From NCBI GenBank assembly GCA_043228905.1, contig JBHGNT010000071.1:1-64000 (forward strand): a stretch of DNA of 64,000 nt, read 5' to 3'. This document shows, one piece after another, positions 13,248 to 26,311 of this stretch. Source of the stretch: Azolla caroliniana. Its lineage: Eukaryota; Plantae; Polypodiophyta. The position numbers and the translations under genes were made by a program. The number at the start of each line of letters is the position of its first letter. Position 1 is the first letter of the stretch. The notes beneath the pieces were generated by a model, which was given only the letters and a program-made list of their open reading frames with translations, searched no databases and was not told the origin of the DNA.

Positions 13248-14929
13248 ATGGAGATCTCAAACATGGAACCTAATTCACCTCATGGTGACAGAGACAGTGA
13301 AACTTTTCTGAAAGACGACTTCTATGAGAACATCCAGGCACCTAAATGGATTGATTTCGATCTTCCCGAAGCACCTGTGGATGACCACGAATGGTTCTGC
13401 AAAAGAGCTGGTAAGGATATCACAATATCACACATCGATGAATTATCACAGATTTCTTTCATAAACAAATTTCTGCAAGATGTCTCTCTAATTACTTCAA
13501 ATGGTCCATTAAACATTTCCTTGAAATGGTTCAGAAAACATCGTTTTTTGAAACACTAAGTTGTTCTAAAAAACTCTGGAGTTTCTTGAATTCGTTCTTC
13601 GCATCGTCTCTTAGATGATCAATGCGCTCTACGAAAATGAACACAATCGTAAAGTTACTCGTGCACATCGCTATTGTTGGGTATGAGCGATGATGCAGAG
13701 TTCTTTACGAACTGTTGTTGTCTGAACATGAACTCTTTAGTGGAGATCTCGGTGGAAGATTTAAAATAATGTATGATAACAGTACGATCGTCAGTATTTG
13801 TTATAATTCATAACCATCAGTTCATAAAAGATGATAGCATGAAATGCGTCCGTTCCCATGAATATAAAGGCTAAATGATTGTGGATTTGACATAGTACAA
13901 TGATCAAAGTGTATGATAGCAGTACGATCGTCAGTATTTGTTATAATTCATAACTATCTGTTCATAAAAGACTTTAGAATGAAATGCGTCCGTTCTCCAG
14001 GAATATAAAGGCTAAATGATTGTGGATTTGACATAGTACAATGATCAAAGTGTATGATAGCAGTACAGTCGTCAGTATTTGTTATAATTCATAACCATCT
14101 GTTCATAAAAGACTTTAGAATGAAATGCGTCCGTTCCCCAGGAATATAAAGGCTAAATGATTGTGGATTTGACATAGTGCAATGATCAAAGTGTATCTGC
14201 GTCAATCTTAACTATTTAACGTACTATGCATTTTAACATCTTCAGGCGTTTATTTGATTTTCTTTTTATATTTTGTAATCAAAACTTTTATTGGCTATAT
14301 TCAATAGATTGGTAATGAAAACTGGTTGTTGTTTTGACCTGGTTTTGATCCTACAAAATCTCTAGCCATGTTTATGCATAAATAATTGGTTTATGTTGCA
14401 TGTTTTGGTTTTTATTGATTCTATTTGATGTTATGTTTTTTGTCACATTGATGGTGCTTTACTTCATTAATTGTACTCTAATGTTTAGGGTGTTGTACTG
14501 CTACATGAATAATTTTATGAATCATCTTTCATGGCATCGTTTATGTGAAAACTCATTTGCTTGAATCATTGTTGTTGAAGGTTGCCCACACGAAAAGGAG
14601 CCTATTTGTCAATCACCTAAGCCTAATCTTCAAGCTCAGGTAATAAGTTTTTTATCACTAAAATATTTTATTCAAATACGGCGCAATTTTTTTTATTTTG
14701 TATTGCTTAACGTTTTGAACTATTCGTGATAAAGCTTTATTTAATGTTTTAATCTCTACGTGATATGTTTGTCTAGGCAAATTTGCAGACCATTCCAGAA
14801 GATATGTGTATGAGTCGAAGATCTTCTAGGACACGCTTGGTGGTATCTTCTTCCTTTGCAGAGAAGGTGATTGCTACATGTGATGGACTTGCTTCTTCTC
14901 TCTTCATCTCTTTTTTCTGTTGCTTCTAG
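13248..14929 (+). CDS. At4g17000-like protein N-terminus (DFYExIxAPKxxDF...DDxxWFC motif, TPX2 Aurora-binding-like); short or truncated gene, 3' end uncertain
   Basis: Exons 13248-13410, 14581-14639 and 14777-14866 (GT-AG, in frame) give ...DDFYENIQAPKWIDFDLPEAPVDDHEWFCKRAG-CPHEKEP...SSSFAEK. Read-through reaches TAG at 14927-14929. No convincing further exons were found. Family assignment is from recalled motif similarity. Confidence 0.65.
13771..14196. repeat. Intronic tandem repeat, 3 x ~141 bp
   Basis: Near-identical units start at 13771, 13911 and 14052 (gtatgata(a/g)cagtac...gacatagtacaatgatcaaagt). Confidence 0.95.
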
Positions 14930-15874
14930 TTCTCATTGATGGCCACGGATTTTATTTCGTCCTCGTTGCTGAAACTGTACATGGTAATGGTGATGCTGTA
15001 CATGGTAATAGAGAGAAAACAAAAGAGTCACTTGATTTTTTCATTCGTAGTTTTTATTTCTATTGTTGTGGTGGAAAGAAATGTTTCTTTACCCCCCAAG
15101 AGACCACATATTCTTTTATTAATGTACTATTTGTTTCCAATTCTGGTTGCCATTTTGCTTCCGAAGAAGACAAAAAATAGTCTTTCTTGATGGCGAGTTT
15201 TAGTAATGCAATGTAATCTTTTCGAAACTTTTCCCATAGAAACCACAGTTTAATTGTCAACCCTGGGATAATGAAGATCCAGCCAATATACAGTTGGGAG
15301 AAACACCATTTAAGCAGAGTTCTAACATCAAATACATAAACGTTCTCACTCAATAAAGTAACCACCCAATGTATATGTATAGACATGTAAGATGTGACTT
15401 TCTTACAATGCACGAGGACAGGATTACCAGACTATCAAATTTCTTATAACGTTTTGTTATCTTTTGTTTCTTCAAGTTCTCTTCCAGATAATAATTTTTA
15501 TGATTGTTTTCAATTTGCTGAAGTCTTTCAATGAACATTTGAGCATTGAAAGCTTCTACGTTTTTGTGGGTTTTAGGGAGGTTTACCACTAGTAATATAG
15601 GTAATGTTGAGAAAAAGAAAAAAGGAGTGAGCTTGCACGTGTTACAGTATTCTTCATGCGAGAATAAATTCAACATGTTACAAGAGATTGTTTACAAAAA
15701 TGTATAAAAAGGCTTAATCATTTCATGAATCCATCACAACCGAAGGTCGGATGCCATTGCCGTCAATAGTAATTATTTGTCCGAAATATGAGATGACTTT
15801 CTATTTTTTCACATCACAACACTTTGCTTGAGTAATTTTGAAGTCGAGTTGTAAGAAGCCCTATCCTTTCATGG

Positions 15875-16222
15875 AGTTTGGTTATATTTTTTTGAGTTAA
15901 AACATTGGGTCTGAAACCTTTAGGGTGAGGTAAAAAACCCACAAAAAACACTAATGTACAATGTCATGCTCAAATATTGAACTGTAAAAGTTTCCAATAT
16001 TCCTTATCAATTTGGCAACACTTGGAGGCTAAAAGCAAACATCATCAGTTTGGTTTTATTTTTTTGAGTTAAAACATTGGGTCCCAAACCTTTAGGGTGA
16101 GGTAAAAAACCCACAAAAAACACTAATGTACAATGTCATGCTCAAATATTGAACTGTAAAAGTTTCCAATATTCCTTATCAATTTGGCAACATTTGGAGG
16201 CTAAAAGCAAACATCATCAGTT
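15875..16222. repeat. Tandem duplication, 2 x ~172 bp
   Basis: Near-identical units start at 15875 and 16047 (agtttgg...gcaaacatcatcag). Confidence 0.95.
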
Positions 16223-16824
16223 GTTTCTTGGATGTTTTTAAACCTCTGCTTTTCACTTATTTGCAAACTTGTACCTTTTTATTATTTTGCTTGGACGTAT
16301 CCTTATGAGCACCTGAACTATTGTTTAAACAATCCTTTTGTAAGAGGTGAAACTTTACAGCCTTAGAAACACAAGATGCACATTAGAGTTCTATTGAGGT
16401 AATTCCTGCCCACAAATACATAACATGAAGATTTGCAATGTGACTCTTCGGAGATTTTTTCTTATGGATTTATCAAATGTGCATTAGAGTTAGTATCAAA
16501 TATACATCCAAGAGATCTATGCATCACATTGCAGATCATGTAACCATTTAACACAAAGTGTAAGCGCATGTGTGGGTGCCCGGGCACACACACTTGTGCC
16601 TGGGCCTTGGGGTTGCCAACGCCCACCAATGATTGAGCTTGATTAATGATTGTAATAAAAAACCAACAATGTAATGAATTACAATGGTTAAAAGCATACA
16701 AGAATAAACTTTTTACTAGATCAACAATCTTCGATAACATAGACTCGAACTTGAGCACCACTTTCTTGTTGTTGATCGAGTAATCTTACTCGCATGAGAT
16801 GTACAAAAGAAGGTTTTAGTAGGA

Positions 16825-19127
16825 TCAATAAACCTTTAATGGAATACCCTCGGACTTGATGAGCGCTTTCTTGTTAGCTTTGCCCATTGTGACCTTCAAG
16901 GACCACCAGAGCACAGGAGTGGAAAAGCCAATATACCCCACAATCGCAAAAGCCCTCAATATCCCATTCTTGTAGTAAGGTGAAGCCATTACAAATAAAC
17001 TCCCAAAGATCAAGAGCCATGGGGTTACTAACGGAAAAACGTGCAAGTCCAAAGCATATGATGTAGCCATAAGAAGAGCCAAGGACCCAAACAGACTAAG
17101 GCCCCACCCTATCAATGGATGTGTTGTTATTGGAACCATTAGAGATGGCATCAAAAAGCTGACCAAAATGCAAGAAGGCACCATCACCTTCGCTTTAAGC
17201 ATTCGCACATAACTAGAACCATAGCTTGTCCGAACCATCTTCTGTATGGAAACATCAGCCATAAAGAATTGCACCTCAGGTCGCACGCACCGCATCATCA
17301 CGACCACGGCCACCAATAATGTTGCATACAATGCTGCCTGTAGGTAAAGAATCGGAGCTTCCTCCGTGTATCTGTTGTCAAAACCACATAATGAGGGTCA
17401 CGGTTAGTGGGGCTTCAAAAATTGAACGGTCTTTCATAAAAAATAAGTTAAAATTTTACATAGTTGATCAGGGCCTCGCCCTATAGGTTGGGAAGAAGCA
17501 TACAAATAAACATACACTAATAGAGTCAGTTGAGCCAAAGATTTGCTAATAAGTTCATAGACAGTCATTTGGAGTGGAAATTGCCGTTAGGGTGAGGTAT
17601 ATAATCAATACTCATGATCTGTTGTGCACAACTTGCAATTGGCATCTATTCTTTTCTAGTATAGTTTATCTATTGCATCAAAAGTTCCGTCGAGCATAGG
17701 TCATGAGATACTATTCAGACTAGGACTTAATTGCAATCCAGACCCTACAGCTGAAAAAAAGGTTGTCGACAAAGCTAATAAGAACTCTTTGTTTAGCCTA
17801 TTTGATCTCACCTACCTGCAATTGGAAACCAACCCCCATCCATTAAGAAGAAAACAACACAAAAGTAATTCTATATGAGAAAGAAAGATGTTGTGTTTAC
17901 CCAATAGTAGATGCCCTCATGTCATGCCAAGCTAGGCCCAAAGGCAAAATAGGCCAAGACCACCAGTACCAAGGCTTAAGTAAGGATGCGCCTGGGAATG
18001 TGACAATGCTATTGGGTCCACATGGAACGCGCCATTTTAATCTAAGATCTACAATTTCAAAAAAGTAAGAAAAACTATTGGTAAAAAATTTCAAGCTTCG
18101 GCCTCACAAAATGGTCAACTCTGTAGAAACAATGTGAGCTAGTTACAATAATATGAGGCGTCCATTTGATATCCAACAGGCAATCGATAATTTCCACTCA
18201 GTTTGGACCCATCCGATGGAGGGTGAAACATTGGTTTGTCTAGCAAGTCGGGAAAATAAGCTGTTAGAAACCCTTGGTCAGCGCCATCCCTGTTTTCTGA
18301 CATTGCATTCACACCTCGAACCATATCTTCAAACACTATCATCGAAGGCTGCAATTTCGTAACAATGAGCATCACATTGAACAGATTAGAATATAGATTT
18401 TTCTTAGCTTGTAGCAAATGGTATTGGTACTAGACTACAATAAAATCCATACCCATGCTCTATGTCAAAATCAATCACTTTCAACAACTAAAACCTCATA
18501 CAATATGACCAAAATCAATCACTTTCAATCATAAAAATTTCAAAGTGTTGTGTGAAATTGTTAGAGAAAGAGAGAAGTTCTTGCCTTCAGAACAAAAAGG
18601 CCAGTATGGAATATGCATGGGTCAATAAAAGCTGCACAAAAATCTCCACATTGGAAAAGCTCATCTGAATTTTGCAATATCAAATTGTCGGCATCAAGCA
18701 TGACAATGCGATCGTACTCAACAAACGTCCATGCCAATAGTTTGTTCAATGTGAATATGAAACGGTCATTGAACCCTGGCTGATTTGCATATGGATTTGG
18801 GATGTTCTTCACATGGACAACCCTTACACCGTCCTTCACACTACAAAATACATTATATATAATGTGAATACACATTCAGGAAGGAGAAGGCGCATCACAT
18901 TCACACTTTAGACCATAATAACAAATCAGGATATTGTTGGCATGGAAGGATGAGCTTCTACTGGCAAGACAAAGATCCGTAAGAGCCCACATTCCCTCAT
19001 GTTTTCATATAGTGCTCGATATCCCTTTTTTTATGAAAGTATGCTATTTTAATACTTATCCATATTCTAGGATGAAAACTTTCATTCTATTCTATGTACG
19101 TGATGCATTGTTTCAATATAGTTAACA

Positions 19128-19183
<56 letters not shown>

Positions 19184-19795
19184 TAATTTTGAGGTTTTTG
19201 TGTGTTTCAAACCATTTTGTTAGAGACCATATAGTCTGAATTTTCTTCAATGGCGTCACAGTATTGGACACCATTCCCTGGCAAGGTCTTTTGAAGCTAA
19301 GTAAGCATCTTAAGTCTTGACGATGCTATCTCTCTGTATGCAGCACAGAGGTTGGTGAGACAATGCTCAACATTATAAGCTTCTTTTCAGCAATGTAAGG
19401 CTGTGTAACGGGATCTTGTTAAGCTTGCATCACAATGCACTGGTGTGCTCATATAGACATTGCCTCAAGTTTCTTCCGAGCTAAGCTTCCAGAAAAGATG
19501 TGATTTTGTGTTGTCTAGAAAGGATCTGCTTTTATCCTTAATGCTGACTAGAAAGGATCTGGTTTAGTTAGGTGAAACGAGCAAGGAACTTAAATTAACT
19601 AGACACACATAACTACCTAAGGTAACTGGAAGGGCATAGTTCAGTTAGTGACAGTAACTAGAAAGATGGGAGTTTCAATTTCTAAGTAGGGAGGGCAAAC
19701 AAGTCCGGTTAGGTCAACAGTAACTGGAGAGAGAGAGAGAGGGTGTGTGTGTGTGTGTGTGTGGTCAAGTTAGGGAGTTCAAAAAAGCAGAGAAT

Positions 19796-19827
<32 letters not shown>

Positions 19828-20264
19828 ACTCACAAGGCGTGAGACCAGGAGGGAGGGGTGTTGTGAGAGGCGATGAGGAGGAGGTCCGCATGAGCATGGG
19901 GTTGGGGTTGGGGTTGGGGTTGGGATCGGAAGTGGATGGCCAGGGAGCGGAAGAGCACACGTGCCGCCACATAATACTCATAGTCCTTTGGCGTGCCCAT
20001 GTAGAAGATGGTGGCATATGCGTGAGGCGACATGGCTTCTCCACTCCTACTCACCACCATCGACGAAGACGACAATGATGATCGCGCATTTGCTTCTGTA
20101 GCTCCCTGCACGTCTGAACCTATAGTGAGCATGAAAGAGGAGGAAAAGAAGAAGACCATGATCAGGAATGCGTCTCTTCTTCTTCTTCTTCTTCTTCTTC
20201 CTCCCCAATTCCTCACCTGTTGTTTCATCTCATGAGAATGCAAGAGGTTCCATGACCAGAGCAT
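16825..20264 (-). CDS. PGSIP8: Glycosyltransferase family 8, PGSIP7/PGSIP8-like, with C-terminal transmembrane helices, 5 exons
   Basis: Exons (-): 20264(or 20228)-19834, 18840-18585 (GC donor), 18348-18147, 18048-17901, 17371-16825. Motifs HAYATIFYMGTPKDYEYYVAARV, DxD motif VMLDADNL, FIDPCIFHTGLFVLKPS, GADQGFL, YQMDASYYY and LKPWYWWSWP, followed by a hydrophobic C-terminus. The start codon is uncertain. Confidence 0.92.
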
Positions 20265-20336
20265 CTCTCTGTTTTTTTTCTCTCGATAATTATGTATGTG
20301 TATGGCGCTGGCCTTCCTTTTTCTGGGTATAAAACG

Positions 20337-20378
<42 letters not shown>

Positions 20379-20799
20379 TGGTCTTTGACTTTATGACACT
20401 TTTTACCTTAGTATGTATGTATATGCATGTCCCTATGTGTTTACATAGATTGTATATGTATACCGTATATGTATATGTATATGTATGTGTGTGTGTATGT
20501 GTATGTGTATATGTATGTGTATGTGTATGTGTATGTACTCAAATAGCAACCAATGCACATTGCTGAGTGATAGGGTGGGTTTCCATGCTTGCTACGAAGA
20601 GGGTTGCTTTCCTAAAAAAACCGTTATATATAGTGATTCTCAAATCATGTTGTATCAAAAGCTCTATCATATATGTACAAGAAGACCCTTACATGGAGTT
20701 TGCCTTGTGCTTCATTGTAAATATGCCTTCGTAATGATCATGATCAAAGTTAGTTGATTGATTAGTGAGTTTCAAACCTATGGTAGCATCACTTTCTTC

Positions 20800-22100
20800 T
20801 TACGGCAACATGGTTTTCTTCTACCACAACATAGGCTGAATATCGAAGAATGATAGTAGCTTTCCTCTGGTAAAGCTCACATTCCTTTATGGAACAAATC
20901 ATTGTGAGAGGTTGTCTAGGCATATTTCTACCATTTCTTGCTCATGGACCCACACATTGATGGAGGCAAGAGCATCATCACACACGGACTAAAACTTTGG
21001 GGCGTAGTCATAGATGGACACACCCTTTTTTGAATAATATTTAACTCCTTAGGGAGTTGAAGTGTGTTGTTTGATGGCCAATATCATCTTTAGAGTTTCC
21101 CTTGTTCCCTTAGTTGTCATCACATGGGATGGAGAGGGAAGTTTTGATCATAGTGGTGGAGATGGTTGGGACAAGTGAGGATGTTGCATCTTCACGATGA
21201 TGGTACATTGATTGTATGGTGTGTGAGGGGATGATCACATTGGAGGCAATAGGCATTTAATATAGAAAAGGAAATGTCTTGCACTAGCATCACAACTTCA
21301 CAAAAACTCTTTAGGTTTCTAGAGAACATGGTGATAAGTTGTGCATCAACCATTGCTTCAAAGTCTTGTTGATACAAGGGTAGCATGGTGATCAAAGATC
21401 AGTCATTTGTCTCCTTATGTGGCATATATTGACATAAAAGATGATGCCCCAAGCAATGTCGTTGTGAGCTAGAATATAATTATTCAAACTAATCCTTCAA
21501 TGTACAATTACGTATTTCAAGATAATTATTGACAAAATTAGTCATGACCTTAGCATTTTGATTTCCATAGGATTATTGTCATGAGGGTTGGGGGAAATTG
21601 GCTAGTTTAAGTGAACTTTAAAGAAGATCCACTTTGCATTAAGGAAATCTAACTAGGGCCATAGTTGGGGGGAGGGCATAGAATGCAAGTTCCATGCAAA
21701 TACGTAGGGTTGCGTAGTGAACCACTTTCAAAAGCATGTGTCATTGAAGAAAAGGAACACCATTGGGGTTGCACGCTCAACAGTTCTTAAATCAAATTAG
21801 CCACATCATTGAAATATCTTATTGAATCAAGGGGGGACAAATGTTGATCATGCCCACACTTTTCCATTGTACAGTGTGTTGGGTATATGGGTAGGACAAT
21901 TTGTTGCTCAATGCCAATCTCTAGGTAGAGATTATATATTCTCTATCATCTATTAATGTACCTCAAGCTTTGTATAAATCCCCCGTGGGAGAGATTTGCC
22001 CATCGTTATGGGACGACGCTCCCTTGGTGTGATCAAAGTCTTTTGAGAGTAAGAGTTGTCATAATTGTTGCCACCATACCTTGTTCCGCTCATCATTTTG
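20800..22100 (-). mobile_element. Possible highly decayed hAT-family transposase remnant
   Basis: Stop-riddled minus-strand fragments fall in hAT-like order: ACNPNGVPFLQ, NAKVMTNFVNNY, QQDFEAMV, LSQ*..RNVS. The similarity is weak and recalled from memory. Confidence 0.3.
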
Positions 22101-22739
22101 GAGATGCATAGGGTATCAAAAGAATGGCAACTTCTCAAAGAATACATTTTTATCCCCAAGAGTTATATATTGCAAGGTTAGGATTTGTAATTACCATAGT
22201 TTAATGATAATCTTTCTTAATCAAATGATTCTCATATTTCACCTTCAGCAAAAGTGCTCACATGTCCCTAATCACAATTTTTCACTTCATTTTCTCTAAG
22301 TTCATCAAATTTCTTGTTTTAAGTGAGAGTTCCTTCTTAGTCCTACAAGCATTGAGTCCAAGACTGATAAAATGATACTAAGTTATCTGAGCATCTGATT
22401 AAGAAATACAAATGTAGAGAAATAAGTCTGGGAAAGTGATAATACATTTTGATACCCAAAAGAATTGCAGTTTGAAATCTTAATACTCTTTTTGAGGATT
22501 GCATAACAACTGAATCAAATGGATAATCACAAAAGAAACATGGAGCAAAGTGTCCTTTGAATAGCAGACAACCATTGACTTCTTCGAAAATGAGCCTTTC
22601 GTTCCTGTTTACTTGCATTCATCGCTTGCTTGTACTCAGCAGTAATAATAGTACCTGACAATACACACCATCTAGGTTTTCATAAGTTTAACCCTAACTG
22701 GTTAAAACAGGAAATAACTCTAAAATAACCAAGTTTTTC

Positions 22740-24000
22740 TTTATTCCCCAATGCTTTCAAGTATTCTTTTTAATAAATGCGGGTATCTTGCTCCAAATGT
22801 TGGTTCAAAATGTAATGTGAAGTCTCATATGCTGATATATGCACCCGGAAGAGGGATACAACATGAAATTTGCAGTGATATTGAACAGAAATCACTACTA
22901 AGGAAAAGGCCAAATTATTAGAAAGAATGACTGAATGTTGTGTGACGATGCCAGGGCCCATATCTAGCATGTTAGAGGAAGAGCTAACACACCAGCATGG
23001 CATATATGAATAAATAAGGTTAGGAGAAAAGAAAATCTCTCTTCAGAGCAGAGGTCCTTTCCAAATTTATCAGGCCACAAAAACTAAAATGCTGTGCCAT
23101 TGCTCTGGAATAGGAAATTGGAATAGCAATCATTATCCATCTCATTGTATCATGAACTCTCACCCATGTTGGTGTCTTCGTAACTGGAGCTATGCAAGGA
23201 TTCATGCATATGGTTACTCCGCCGGATTCTCTGCTGTGTGTGGCATAGAGGTTCAACCTCCGGCAGTCACACGAGGACAATATGTGGAAGTCTACTCAAA
23301 CTAGCAGGCCAAATTCTAGTGACTGTTACTCAGGCGGCATCACAAAATTCTCTTAACGCTGTAATTAAAAATGTACACAATCATTATGTGGTCATGATTC
23401 ACCCAACTTTCTCAGATGGAGTGACAATAACAATATCTAGAGTTCAAACAAGCAGCCCCATGACTGATTATGTGGTCCTCATGCTACCTGGTGACATCTT
23501 TAAAAACTAGATCAATCAGGGTATGGCTATATGAAGGCTCCTGTTACTGAAGAATTTTTACTGCATAATTAGCTTTCAATATATTGGCATGGAATTTTGG
23601 GTGTCAGGATATGAAATAATATAAGTGGGAAGTTAGTTTCGGCTCAATAGTGAGAGGCTCACTGAGGTCCTACTGCAGTTGAGTTTTTAGGTCTCCCCTA
23701 TAAATGAATTTCATGATCTCCTTGATTACAACATTGTTCCTCCAGGTAACACAATCATTCCTTGTCAATGAGGTATACTTTCCAACTAATAAGGACCCCA
23801 TCAGCCAATCTCTCTTTGAAATGGGCGTAGTCTATCAAAGCTCTTCCCAAGGACTCAATGCAGAGATGGATACTAGTTTATCCAATAGACAGTTATTTAC
23901 GATTTTGTTTGCTTCCTTTCAAGGCCAGCTTTCAATTATTTTCCCCTACACAACCAAAGTTTTTTAAGATCCTGAAAGCTCCACAATAGCACCACCATAG
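22740..24000 (-). mobile_element. Decayed LINE remnant (endonuclease-like and C-terminal fragments)
   Basis: Minus strand has GDLK near 23690, SHTLIDLVF near 23520 (APE-endonuclease GDxN and SxID-like motifs) and ISAYETSH near 22830. Many stops. Confidence 0.4.
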
Positions 24001-24448
24001 TCATCAATGGTAGGCCACTACCAGCTGGTGGCAAGGGTAATGCCTCTAGAGATGTAGAATTTCCTATAAGTTAAAGGCTGGGCATGTCACCATACTGAGA
24101 AAAGACATTATTTTTAGGAATTTCCTATAAGTTAAAGTGTTCACACCCTGAAAAAACATATTTGGACAGGCAGAAATGATAGAGTAGTTAATTGAGGGGG
24201 GCTTGAAAGATTGGAAAAGTTTGTTTGGACTAGAGCTAAGACCAGATCAAATTTTCTCTTACCAAATTGTAAAGCCATGATTTATGCTCCTTGTCAGATA
24301 TAGCTGAGGCACGGAGAAACAAGTTGTCTTTAGTTTCAAAGATATAACAAAGATGCACAACAGAAAACCAGAAATTATTTGCAAACGAATATATCTCTTT
24401 GTGACGCCTACCAAGATCTTTGTCTTTTTTTGCTTCATCATCAATTGT

Positions 24449-25962
24449 TCATTCACAGGTTACTTCCACTTTTTTCTTCTTTTTCTTTTTCTGTTTCTGC
24501 TTTTGTTTCCTCACAATCAGGACATTTGCTTGGTTTAAATATCTATCATCACTTTCCTGCAAGGTTTATTTAATATGTACTCAGTATTAAGAAACAATTC
24601 ACTGAGAAGTTATCATCTTTGTAGCATTAAATTACCCTTTCATCATCCGAAAAGGTTTCGACGTGGCGTATTTTCAGTGAACTTGAAGAAACACCTGGAA
24701 ATTTATCTTCCATATGTTAAAACAAAGTAAAATAGTTTGCATATACATAGGATTAACAGTTAAATAGGGAGCAAGGTACATGAATAACGCTGTAAAATTA
24801 CCTTGCACAGCTGCTTTAGCATTTTCAACTGCTGCCTCAACAAGTGCAGGATCCAAACTTGCTGTTCCTGACGGTGTTTCAAGTTTTCTTTGTAAAAACT
24901 TAGCCAATGCAACTGCCTTGTTGGTAGCAACGGGACCACCAGGATGAGGAACCCTTCATGCAAAAGAAAGTAAACTAGGTCATACAAACCAATGAAAAAG
25001 AGAAACATTTTCTCTGTTTTTTTTAGACTATAGAAAACAAGACATGTTTCTCTTTTTTTCCTTTTGAAATACACGCATCCAATATGCTAGAGAGATTGTC
25101 TCTGTAAGACTTCTCAACACTAAGAAGCTGCCATGTTTTACCCTCGCCACATTATAAGACCCAATCGAGAAATCAGAGTGGTCAATCCTCATCTATGCAA
25201 GGACAAAGAATTTACTGGGCACCTTTTAATCCTCATAGAAGTTCAGAAGTGCTCTCATAAATATTGTGAACCACACTGAGAAACTATGCAAAACCTCTTA
25301 TTTTATTAGCAACTACAATTTTTATATTAGCTCAAGTTTCTCGCAATTCCTTTCTCAGTTGATAGATTAAATTATCAGATTAATTTCCATATAGAAGGTC
25401 TACCAGATTATTTTAACAAATTCTCAAGCATGATAAATATAGCTTCGTGATCTAACAATTAATAATCCCCTATCTATGGCATTATATTCCGGTTTAGATC
25501 ATTGCATGCATGTATTTCAGTTCAAACCATTATATTGTGTACATTATGCTAAAAATCAGTATATGCCATGCTTAAATCGTCATATGCATGGATTTATCTT
25601 CAAAGCATTGTTTGAGCACATTTATGTTTAGATCATCCAGTAAAATGTGTCTGCTTAAGTTTCAAATCATGACAGATTAGTAAACGCGGCATTCAGCTAA
25701 AGTATGTCTATAATATTTTCAAATTATTTGGCTCAGATATGTGTATTTATGTTTCGAATTGTTAGGTTTTAAATCTGTGCAATCTGACAAGAAAGGAGTG
25801 TAGAAAAATCGAAAAATATTGACCCATATACCTGGTTTTAATCTTTGCTACGTTCGGCAAATGAGGGGGTATTCGAGCAAATCTGCTGCCACGAAGAGCT
25901 CGACGATCCTCTTCCGAAAGGCTTTCTAGCTGAACATCATTTACCTTGATACTTTTCTTCAT
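24449..25962 (-). CDS. Small conserved uncharacterised plant protein with Lys-rich C-terminus, 4 coding exons
   Basis: Exons (-) 25962-25832, 24953-24802, 24694-24636 and 24556-24449 join in frame: MKKSIKV...EEDRRALRGSRFA...R-VPHPGGPVATNKAVALAKFLQRKL...LDPALVEAAVENAK...-GVSSSSLKIRHVETFSDDER-ESDD...KQKKKKKKKVEVTCE*. A 5'UTR exon is likely near 26295-26360. Confidence 0.82.
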
Positions 25963-25994
25963 TCTAAATTTGAATATGGAAAATGAGAACCAGA

Positions 25995-26311
25995 TTAGGG
26001 TTTTGATCATCAGGTAACAGAAAGTCGCCTGAATACCTTAACAGGGCTTATCTTGATACTTCTCTTCATTCTAAATAAGGAGCAGATTAGGGTTTTGAGC
26101 ATCAGGCAACACAAGAATAAATTAAAAAGCAAGCATATGTATAACTCCTTCCAACGTTATAAATAAATTCAGGGAAAGAGAATTTGCGCGCGCGCGGTGT
26201 GTGTCTCCATGTGTCTCAGACAGACAGAGAGAGAGAGGGCGAGACAGAAAGAAAGAAAGATATATTAACGCCTTCAAAGAGAGAGAGATTAGCACCTGAA
26301 GAAACCCTAAG
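25995..26311. promoter_or_regulatory. Telo-box (AAACCCTA) cluster in the 5' region of the 24449-25962 gene
   Basis: TTAGGGTTT near 25995 and 26087, and AAACCCTAA near 26302. Confidence 0.5.

Noticed and set aside
12455-13311. Several overlapping 80-140 aa ORFs
   Set aside because: They are products of CT/CA microsatellites and a pyrimidine-rich leader that lacks stops. Low-complexity translations.
13771-14196. Regular repeats as a CRISPR-like array
   Set aside because: These are head-to-tail units with no unique spacers, in a eukaryotic intron, with no cas genes.
14930-15190. Fourth exon of the At4g17000-like gene via the AG at 14928-14929
   Set aside because: It is in frame, but the translation is hydrophobic and UTR-like with no family resemblance. 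It cannot be supported without cDNA.
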